Positions 25,975-32,473 of a stretch of 33,652 nucleotides of DNA are shown here, one piece after another. The notes under the pieces are model-generated. The model was not told the origin of the DNA. It searched no databases and saw only the letters and a program-made list of their open reading frames with translations. Made by a program: the position numbers and the translations under genes. The stretch's first letter is position 1; each line of letters begins with the position of its first letter. This stretch comes from a virus. Location of the stretch: positions 1 to 33,652 of the IMG/VR virus record IMGVR_UViG_3300045988_086956. One strand, 5' to 3'.

Positions 25975-27305
25975 TCTTCCTCCTTCACACTTGAAAATTT
26001 GGTATATTCCTTATGAAAGTACAGCTTGACAGTTCCAAGACTACCGTGTCGATTTTTGGCCAGAATCAACTCGGTAACATTGCTTTCTGGCTGACCTTCT
26101 TTTGGTTGTTGATAGTAGTCATCACGATATAGAAAAGCTACTATATCGGCATCTTGCTCAATTGAACCAGACTCACGAATATCTGATAAAATAGGTCGTT
26201 TGTCCTGTCGTTGCTCCACACTACGCGACAATTGACTCAACGCAATAACTGGCACTTTTAATTCCTTAGCAATGATTTTCAACTGACGCGAAATCTCTGA
26301 TACTTCCTGCTGCCGATTGACTGACCGTGACCCTTGTATCAATTGCAGATAGTCAATGACTATCAAACCAAGACTGTCAGTTTCTTGTGATAGCCTCCTA
26401 GCTCTTGCTCTAATGTCTCCAATATTGATTCCAGCGGTGTCATCAATATAGATTGGTGCTTCAGCAAGTTGACCTTGTGCATAAATAAGCCGTTGCCATT
26501 CATCAACTGTCAGATTTCCTGTTCTAATGTGATGGTTGATAATTGTACCTTCGGCTGACAACATACGCTCAACTAGACTTTCAGCTCCCATTTCAAGAGA
26601 GAATACAGCCACCGCCTTATTGGACTTAGTTGCCACGTTCTGAGCTATATTAAGAGCAAAAGCTGTCTTTCCCATCGCTGGTCGTGCCGCTAAGATAATC
26701 AGTTGATCTTCATGCAAGCCAGCTGTCAATTTGTCAAAATCATAGAAACCTGACTCAATGCCAGTGATTTGACTGGAATTGTTTGACCGTTCCTCAATCT
26801 TAGTATGATTTTCTAAGAGCACATCATGAATAGGTCTGAAACCACTCTTGTTGCTGGATTGACTGACTGCAATCAGTGACTGCTCCGCTTTTGCGATAAT
26901 CTCATCAATGTCCATGTCTTCGTCATAGGCATTTTCAATAGAATCAGACAGATTTCCAATGATTGACCTTAGTTGTGATTTCTTAGCCACAATCTTGGCA
27001 TAATGCTCAGCGTGTGAGCTCGTAGGAACCGCATTGACAATCTCAGCTAGGTAAGGAATACCTCCAATTTTCTCCAAATCGCCATTAACTTCAAGTTCCG
27101 ATTTTATAGTTAAAGTATCAATCGCCTCACCACGTTCAAACAAGCCCTGCATGATTTTAAAAAGAATTTTATTTGCCGGACTATAAAAATCATCTGATTT
27201 GAGATGTTCAGAAACTGTCACAATTTTATCAGGATTGATTAAGATAGAGCCCAGAACCGCTCGTTCAGAAGCTATATTATGAGGTAATACTTTTAATTCA
27301 TCCAT
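25971..27305 (-). CDS. dnaB: Replicative DNA helicase, DnaB family
   Basis: LPHNIASERAVLGSIL at the N-terminus, Walker A ARPAMGKTAF, and the conserved RecA-like C-terminal domain. The ATG at 27305 is preferred to the TTG at 27317. Confidence 0.92.
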   Translation of the reverse strand: MDELKVLPHNIASERAVLGSILINPDKIVTVSEHLKSDDFYSPANKILFKIMQGLFERGEAIDTLTIKSELEVNGDLEKIGGIPYLAEIVNAVPTSSHAEHYAKIVAKKSQLRSIIGNLSDSIENAYDEDMDIDEIIAKAEQSLIAVSQSSNKSGFRPIHDVLLENHTKIEERSNNSSQITGIESGFYDFDKLTAGLHEDQLIILAARPAMGKTAFALNIAQNVATKSNKAVAVFSLEMGAESLVERMLSAEGTIINHHIRTGNLTVDEWQRLIYAQGQLAEAPIYIDDTAGINIGDIRARARRLSQETDSLGLIVIDYLQLIQGSRSVNRQQEVSEISRQLKIIAKELKVPVIALSQLSRSVEQRQDKRPILSDIRESGSIEQDADIVAFLYRDDYYQQPKEGQPESNVTELILAKNRHGSLGTVKLYFHKEYTKFSSVKEEE

Positions 27306-27313
27306 AACTTGCC

Positions 27314-27532
27314 TCAATCAACAAAGACTTCTTTACGTGTCTTTGGGTTTATATCCACTCTACGTCCTGTCTTATAGTCGATAAATCCAGCCTGAGTCGC
27401 AGGATGCTTAATAACTGTCTCAGCTGATTTCTTAGTTCTGAGAGCTTTCTTTAGCTTAAAATTCATAATGAGTGATTCGATTAAAATCACTGAAAATGCT
27501 GTTCCTACTGCAATAATTTGTAAATTGTTCAT
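27314..27532 (-). CDS. Small membrane protein, hypothetical
   Basis: 72 aa with an N-terminal TM segment. Confidence 0.55.
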   Translation of the reverse strand: MNNLQIIAVGTAFSVILIESLIMNFKLKKALRTKKSAETVIKHPATQAGFIDYKTGRRVDINPKTRKEVFVD

Positions 27533-27556
27533 GTTATAATTCCTTTTTGTTCTTTT

Positions 27557-27841
27557 TTAAATAGCTGTTCTTTGCCAATTCTCGTGATACCATTCAATAA
27601 CTGCATCACGAGGAAATTTGTCACGCTTCCCTTCAATTCGTGGGAAGTCTTTGTGTCGGTAGAAACGTTCATCAAAAGTTCCAGTATCTTTAGTACCTAA
27701 GAGCATTTCAGCACATTGAGACTTGTTTAGCTCCATTGGAAACCGTCTCTTTTCATCTGTCACAACGTGCATGACCTTTAATGCTCTATCCATCAGACCA
27801 GCTTCAAACTGATCCAATAGTTGATTCATTAGATCATTCAT
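27557..27841 (-). CDS. DNA-binding protein, DUF771/excisionase-like
   Basis: The pattern ELNKSQCAEML...FPRDAVIEWYHENW resembles small phage excisionase-like HTH proteins. Confidence 0.4.
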   Translation of the reverse strand: MNDLMNQLLDQFEAGLMDRALKVMHVVTDEKRRFPMELNKSQCAEMLLGTKDTGTFDERFYRHKDFPRIEGKRDKFPRDAVIEWYHENWQRTAI

Positions 27842-27861
27842 GATATAATCCTCTTGTATCT

Positions 27862-28230
27862 TTATATGTGAGCCTGATTGCCGTCAGGCTTTTTTTCTTT
27901 GCCCCAATATTCTTTTAAATTGACCGACATCACAGCAGCAAGATTTTTCTGTTCTGTCAAAATCTGTCTTTGATATGGTGCTAGTCCAGCTTGTCGCTCC
28001 TCCTCCGTCTTCGGTAGATAATAGCCACTAGGATGAGCTTTTTTAGCTACGATTGGCTGCCTAAAGGTCACTCGCAAGCTCTCAATCACTTCTTTTAGCT
28101 TTCGCTTTGAAAGACCTGTGCTTATTCTCAATTCGCTGGCTTGAATTGGTAAATCAAAGCTAGCACCGTTTTTGATAGCGTTTAAAACTTTGATTTCAAT
28201 TTCTGTCATATCTCTGATGTAATTCATCAC
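27862..28230 (-). CDS. Hypothetical early protein (winged-helix-like)
   Basis: 122-aa ORF overlapping the stop of the cro-like gene. Confidence 0.55.
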   Translation of the reverse strand: MMNYIRDMTEIEIKVLNAIKNGASFDLPIQASELRISTGLSKRKLKEVIESLRVTFRQPIVAKKAHPSGYYLPKTEEERQAGLAPYQRQILTEQKNLAAVMSVNLKEYWGKEKKPDGNQAHI

Positions 28231-28439
28231 TCTTCCTCCAAATCTACCCAGCTATCGGAAATTCGCAGCACATCACAAACTCGATTTTTGAGTTTATCAC
28301 TGCCCTTCCCATACTTTAATAACTCTGAGATGGTTGGTTTTTTGACTCCACAAGCTCGTGCTAAATGGGTTTGCGTCATGTTCTCTTCATTCAGCTTGTC
28401 CTTGACAAGTTGAATCCATTTTTTATGTTGTTGACTCAT
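28227..28439 (-). CDS. Cro-like XRE-family HTH protein
   Basis: MTQTHLARACGVKKPTISELLKYGKG is a classic HTH_3 segment. 70 aa. Confidence 0.7.
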   Translation of the reverse strand: MSQQHKKWIQLVKDKLNEENMTQTHLARACGVKKPTISELLKYGKGSDKLKNRVCDVLRISDSWVDLEEE

Positions 28440-28457
28440 ATTTTTCCTTTCTAAATT

Positions 28458-28466
28458 TGGTATAAT
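28458..28466 (+). promoter_or_regulatory. Extended -10 promoter TGGTATAAT for the 227-aa gene
   Basis: Read directly. A GGAG RBS lies 8 nt before the ATG at 28494. Confidence 0.5.
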
Positions 28467-28493
28467 AAAATAAAAACGATTGGAGAATTTCTT

Positions 28494-29177
28494 ATGAAAC
28501 TTAATGTACTTATTGAGTTTAGAGATGCCCGAACAACCATTACAATTGATACTCCTTCAAAATGCCCCCACTGTGGCAGAACCATGTCCCCTCAACACGT
28601 TGGACAAAGTACAAGCTCTGAAAGTACAAGTGCCTCAGAAGAAGGAAGATTTTCCGTTATTTTTCGATGTTCTTTTGAAAACTGCTTAAAATATTTTGTA
28701 ATAGAATACATCCACGATAATTATGAAATAGCAACGATGGTAGACTATTCATACCGTCCACCTATCAAGGTAAAACTCCCTGAAAATATAGAGAAGGTTT
28801 CTCCCGTTTTTGTTGAAATCTATTCTCAAGCAACGGTTGCAGAAAGAGAGGTATTAGATCAAATAGCAGGCGTCGGCTATCGCAAAGCAGCCGAATTCCT
28901 CATAAAGGACTACGCAATTTCCAAAAATCCATCTGACGAAGAACACATCAAATCAATTATGCTTGGAAAAGTAATCGCTGACTACTTGAATGATTTTCCA
29001 AAAATTCAAGCTTTAGCAAAATCCGTCGCTTGGATTGGAAATGATGAAACTCATTATGTCCGCAGACATGACGATAAAGATATCCGAGATTTAAAGAAGT
29101 TCATTCTCTCAGCGGCTCAATTTATTGCTGCTGATTACGATGCGGACGAAGCCTTGGCTTTCACTTCTTCTGATTGA
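28494..29177 (+). CDS. Zn-ribbon plus DUF4145-like (HEPN-related) protein, candidate prophage defence gene
   Basis: CPHC...CSFENC four-Cys ribbon. C-terminal half has YRKAAEFLIKDY...VAWIGNDETHYVRRHD. Own promoter. Opposite strand to the surrounding early genes. Confidence 0.6.
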   Translation: MKLNVLIEFRDARTTITIDTPSKCPHCGRTMSPQHVGQSTSSESTSASEEGRFSVIFRCSFENCLKYFVIEYIHDNYEIATMVDYSYRPPIKVKLPENIEKVSPVFVEIYSQATVAEREVLDQIAGVGYRKAAEFLIKDYAISKNPSDEEHIKSIMLGKVIADYLNDFPKIQALAKSVAWIGNDETHYVRRHDDKDIRDLKKFILSAAQFIAADYDADEALAFTSSD

Positions 29178-29269
29178 GAAATCTTAGCATCCAACTCATC
29201 CACCTTTTCAGCAATATATGTCACGGTCCTCAATATTTCATTGAGGGCTGTTCTTTCTAGTTCATTCAT
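29135..29269 (-). CDS. 44-aa helical small ORF (not in the track)
   Basis: MNELERTALNEILRTVTYIAEKVDELDAKISQSEEVKAKASSAS. SD AAGGTGGGTG. Overlaps the 3-prime end of the 227-aa gene by 43 nt. Confidence 0.4.
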   Translation of the reverse strand: MNELERTALNEILRTVTYIAEKVDELDAKISQSEEVKAKASSAS

Positions 29270-29309
29270 ATTTTCACCCACCTTTCCAATTCTTTCCCCT
29301 TTCTATTTT

Positions 29310-29318
29310 TGTTATAAT
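29310..29318 (+). promoter_or_regulatory. Extended -10 promoter TGTTATAAT for the 176-aa gene
   Basis: Read directly. AAAGGAG RBS at 29334-29340. Confidence 0.5.
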
Positions 29319-29348
29319 TGACTTATTATTACTAAAGGAGATAGTTTT

Positions 29349-29879
29349 ATGCCTATTATCACTAATGAAAATGTCCAAATCTGGACGCTCTATGCGACAG
29401 TTGTTATTGCAATCGTTGGTTTTATTTTCAACACAATATCCCTCTGGCAAACAAAGAAAGCAACCGAGGATATAGCAAAACCATATATCAATGTTTACGT
29501 TGATGCTTACGCTGTCAAATCACAACAACGAGTTTATGCATTCAAAAACTTTGGGCATACGCCAGCGTACATCAAAGATATTAAAATTGACGGTAAATTA
29601 GATAAGTATAATAGCAAACATAACTTCCGATCACTAATTGGTAACATGATTGCTCCGGGTCAGAAGTTAACATCATCTATACATCCAGACTATAAAGGCA
29701 GTATTACATTAAAAATCACCTATACTGATAGCAAGAGACGTCTATATACTGATAGCTTTAAACTCAATGCAGGAATAGCATCTGATATGCTCTATACTGT
29801 CAATGAATCAAATAAAAGTGATAATCCTGCAAGTGCTATCCGTCAATCGACAATGGCACTGTTACGTGACCTACGTTAA
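29349..29879 (+). CDS. N-terminally anchored membrane protein, Sie-like superinfection exclusion candidate
   Basis: TM segment WTLYATVVIAIVGFIFNTISLW followed by a beta-rich domain. Own promoter and RBS. Confidence 0.6.
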   Translation: MPIITNENVQIWTLYATVVIAIVGFIFNTISLWQTKKATEDIAKPYINVYVDAYAVKSQQRVYAFKNFGHTPAYIKDIKIDGKLDKYNSKHNFRSLIGNMIAPGQKLTSSIHPDYKGSITLKITYTDSKRRLYTDSFKLNAGIASDMLYTVNESNKSDNPASAIRQSTMALLRDLR

Positions 29880-30019
29880 ACAATTCTGTAAGCTTCGTTT
29901 ACTTGTATTTCAACTTTAATTATTTCCTTGTCTATTGTATTGGCAAGGATATTATTTTTCATATCAATAGCATCATCAATATTGTTAGCAAAAATATGAT
30001 AAGATACTTTAGCTTCCAT
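29876..30019 (-). CDS. 47-aa small ORF, first ORF downstream of the leftward switch promoter (not in the track)
   Basis: MEAKVSYHIFANNIDDAIDMKNNILANTIDKEIIKVEIQVNEAYRIV. SD GGAGGTGAGGGAG. Its stop overlaps the stop of the 176-aa gene. Confidence 0.45.
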   Translation of the reverse strand: MEAKVSYHIFANNIDDAIDMKNNILANTIDKEIIKVEIQVNEAYRIV

Positions 30020-30067
30020 CTCCCTCACCTCCTTTTTAAAAAATTAACTAAAAAGTTAGCGAACTAC

Positions 30068-30096
30068 TTGACAAATTCTAAAACTAGTTTTAGAAT
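30068..30096 (+). promoter_or_regulatory. Rightward promoter TTGACA-17-TAGAAT with an embedded perfect 20-bp palindromic operator (30076-30095)
   Basis: TTGACAAATTCTAAAACTAGTTTTAGAAT. The palindrome is TTCTAAAACTAGTTTTAGAA. Confidence 0.6.
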
Positions 30097-30217
30097 AAGA
30101 ACATAAAGAAAAGACTTACTAAAATGTAAGGTCGACCTATAAAAACGACGCCAATCAATTTTTTAAGGCTTTATTTTTTAGTTGTCTTGTTCGCTAACTC
30201 TTTAGCTTACGATATAT

Positions 30218-30246
30218 ATTTTAAAACTAGTTTTAGAATTTGTCAA
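30218..30246 (-). promoter_or_regulatory. Leftward promoter TTGACA-17-TAAAAT with an embedded near-palindromic operator (30219-30238)
   Basis: Its reverse complement is 28/29 identical to 30068-30096. Confidence 0.6.
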
Positions 30247-30251
30247 TAGTT

Positions 30252-30270
30252 TTTTAAACTAATTTTAAAA
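30252..30270. promoter_or_regulatory. Degenerate third operator-like site
   Basis: TTTTAAACTAATTTTAAAA resembles the operator with a 1-nt deletion. Confidence 0.35.
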
Positions 30271-30306
30271 TATTTTTTCGTATTGCTTAGAAAGGTTGAT
30301 AAATCA

Positions 30307-30654
30307 ATGTTCTTAGCATTCGACAGAATAAAAGAATTAGCTGATAAACAAGGGATATCTTTAAATATTTTAGAAGAAAGACTTGGATATAGCACAAATT
30401 ATCTTTACAGTTTAAAAAAAGGGAATCCTAAATCTGATAGATTGCAAGAGATTGCTGACTATTTCAGTGTATCTACTGATTATCTTTTAGGTAGGACGGA
30501 TAATCCAGCGATTGCTGGAGGAGGAAGTGAACCGGATGATATCGATAAAATCATAGACCGTGCTATGTTCTTCGATGGAAAGCCTCTAACCGATGATGAC
30601 CGTCGAGCCCTCCGCGGAATAATCTCAGGGTATATGAATAGCAAAGGAGATTGA
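30307..30654 (+). CDS. XRE-family phage repressor (CI/ImmR-like)
   Basis: HTH segment ISLNILEERLGYSTNYLYSLKKGN. The ATG at 30307, preceded by an AAAGG RBS, is preferred to the TTG at 30283. Confidence 0.8.
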   Translation: MFLAFDRIKELADKQGISLNILEERLGYSTNYLYSLKKGNPKSDRLQEIADYFSVSTDYLLGRTDNPAIAGGGSEPDDIDKIIDRAMFFDGKPLTDDDRRALRGIISGYMNSKGD

Positions 30655-30655
30655 G

Positions 30656-31771
30656 ATGTCTCATAAAAATCAAATTGAAATCTATCAATTTAACAGTCGG
30701 GCGAAATATTGGCTAGTTAGAGCAGATGGCGGAAAATATTACGATGATTTTAAATACAATCACTTCATCTCTATTCATCACAACCAAGTTACGCTTGCAG
30801 ATTTGCAGACAACTGACCTACTCCTCACAACAGAAAAAACTATAGAGCACTATAAGCAACAAATAGCGAGAGTGTATCAAGACAAAAGTCTATCAAAGCA
30901 CCAAATTACATTTACTGCTAAACGACTCTATAGATTTATAGAAGATATGAATGTAGGAGATTACGTCGTAGTTCCATCGTTTAAGTCGAATTATTTTTTA
31001 ATCGGACAAATTACAAGTGATGTATATGAAAAAGATATGCCAGACGGACAAGTGACCCTAAATCACGGATATGAACAATCTGAAGATATTAAACGTCGAA
31101 ATGTCAGATGGATCAATGAAGTCCCTCGTTGGAAAGTAAACTCGAAATTTCTATACAGTACACTGACAGTTCATCACACTATCTTTAATATCACAGATTT
31201 ATCAAAATACATCAATGGTCTCATATCTCCGCTTTACTTCAAAGATGGAAAATTACACCTTCAGTTGAGAGTTAACACCAAGGAACCTATCACATCAAGT
31301 ATGTGGAAAAATCTTTATTCTATCATCGATGAGTATAAAAACCCTGAAATTGATGAGGAAATAATTGCTACATCTAATGTTGAGAGTCCAGGTGAAATAA
31401 CCCTACAATCCATAAGTCAATTCATATCGGACAATCATTGGATGCTGAACTCAGGCTTAATAGGACTAGTACTTCTGTTTGGAGATATTGATTTCAAAGG
31501 TATTAAAGTAAAAGGACTTTTTCCTTATTTACAACAAAGAAAAACAGCCAGATTGGAAGAACGCAAACTGACTGTAGAAGTTGAAACGATGGAAAAAGAT
31601 GCTGCCCTGAAAGATATACAGCGAGAAGTAGAAATAGAAAAAACTCATAAAGAATTAGAATTACTAAGAAATGTAAGGGCTTTTGAAATAACCGTCGACT
31701 CTCCTAATGTCTCTTACGAAAACGTACCCCAAACGCAAATGGGTTCCGATGAGAATCAGGGTGAGGGATGA
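30656..31771 (+). CDS. 371-aa protein of unknown function (soluble N-domain, hydrophobic segment, charged coiled-coil tail), candidate abortive-infection/defence effector
   Basis: The ATG lies 2 nt after the repressor stop and has an AAAGGAG RBS. No motif could be assigned. Confidence 0.7.
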   Translation: MSHKNQIEIYQFNSRAKYWLVRADGGKYYDDFKYNHFISIHHNQVTLADLQTTDLLLTTEKTIEHYKQQIARVYQDKSLSKHQITFTAKRLYRFIEDMNVGDYVVVPSFKSNYFLIGQITSDVYEKDMPDGQVTLNHGYEQSEDIKRRNVRWINEVPRWKVNSKFLYSTLTVHHTIFNITDLSKYINGLISPLYFKDGKLHLQLRVNTKEPITSSMWKNLYSIIDEYKNPEIDEEIIATSNVESPGEITLQSISQFISDNHWMLNSGLIGLVLLFGDIDFKGIKVKGLFPYLQQRKTARLEERKLTVEVETMEKDAALKDIQREVEIEKTHKELELLRNVRAFEITVDSPNVSYENVPQTQMGSDENQGEG

Positions 31772-31895
31772 TTTTTACAACAAGAATAAAAGTCACAAAA
31801 GTTATTAAAATAATACCCCTGTCTAAAAAGAAAAAAGTGAGAGAAAAAATAGAATATAACAATAAATATCCCAAAAGGATTTGAATGTTTTTCAT
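31704..31895 (-). CDS. 63-aa hydrophobic two-TM peptide with basic tail
   Basis: SD GAGGAGGAG 5 nt from the ATG, with its own promoter. Overlaps the 3-prime end of the 371-aa gene by 68 nt. Confidence 0.55.
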   Translation of the reverse strand: MKNIQILLGYLLLYSIFSLTFFFLDRGIILITFVTFILVVKIIPHPDSHRNPFAFGVRFRKRH

Positions 31896-31926
31896 ACCAA
31901 CTCCTCCTCTTTGTTTTCTTAATTTG

Positions 31927-31955
31927 ATTTTAGCAAAAACAAACTGTTTAGTAAA
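31927..31955 (-). promoter_or_regulatory. Promoter TTACTA-16-TGcTAAAAT for the 63-aa ORF
   Basis: Extended -10 read on the minus strand (TAAAAT = reverse complement of 31927-31932). Confidence 0.45.
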
Positions 31956-31973
31956 GGAATTTTGCGAGAAAAT

Positions 31974-32357
31974 ATGACAGAAAAAGAATTATTGGATCTC
32001 CATAAAGTTACTTTGCGCGAGTTTACCAGTCTACAATGGTCACGGAACGGCTTCTATGACGATATAAATCGAATCGTCTACATCAATGCCGATTTAAGCT
32101 CAGATGAAAGGCGAAAAGTCCTTTTTCATGAACTCGGTCATTTAGACCACTACCGTAGCCTATATCAAAATGCTCCTTTACTATGTGAGAACGAAGCGAA
32201 TCGTTACATGATTCAAAATCTGGTAGCCGAAGAGATAGCAGAATATGGAGTCGAAAGTTTCAATAGCATCCGATTTATGGAGCGCTATCAACTAAAAACA
32301 TCAACTGATGAAGTTATGATTCAAGACGAATTTTATAAACAAGTTAGCAATATGTAA
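31974..32357 (+). CDS. ImmA/IrrE-family HEXXH metallopeptidase (anti-repressor protease)
   Basis: HELGH plus a downstream ENEANRYM motif. 127 aa counted from the ATG at 31974. Confidence 0.75.
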   Translation: MTEKELLDLHKVTLREFTSLQWSRNGFYDDINRIVYINADLSSDERRKVLFHELGHLDHYRSLYQNAPLLCENEANRYMIQNLVAEEIAEYGVESFNSIRFMERYQLKTSTDEVMIQDEFYKQVSNM

Positions 32358-32473
32358 AAAATCCCCACACTCGCCATCGCCAAATTTTGAGTGTGAGGAT
32401 ATCCTGTATAGTAAACGGCATTAAATGGCCAGTTTTACTATACCCATTTTATCAAAAAAGTGAGGTAAAAACA

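Noticed and set aside
28440-28493. The cro-like / 227-aa intergenic region as the main lysis-lysogeny switch
   Set aside because: It is only 54 bp, has no repeated operator-like palindromes and has no copy of the 20-bp operator found at 30076-30270. It holds just an extended -10 for the plus-strand gene. A minus-strand promoter here cannot be excluded.
29903-30106. 67-aa plus-strand ORF
   Set aside because: It has no RBS, runs through the promoter-operator module, and is antisense to the SD-equipped 47-aa ORF.
32387-32473. N-terminal extension of the integrase ORF from the TTG at 32387
   Set aside because: The ATG at 32474 is preceded by GTGAGG and gives the canonical MAYFRKRENGWEYRI integrase N-terminus. 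The extension covers the inverted repeats.
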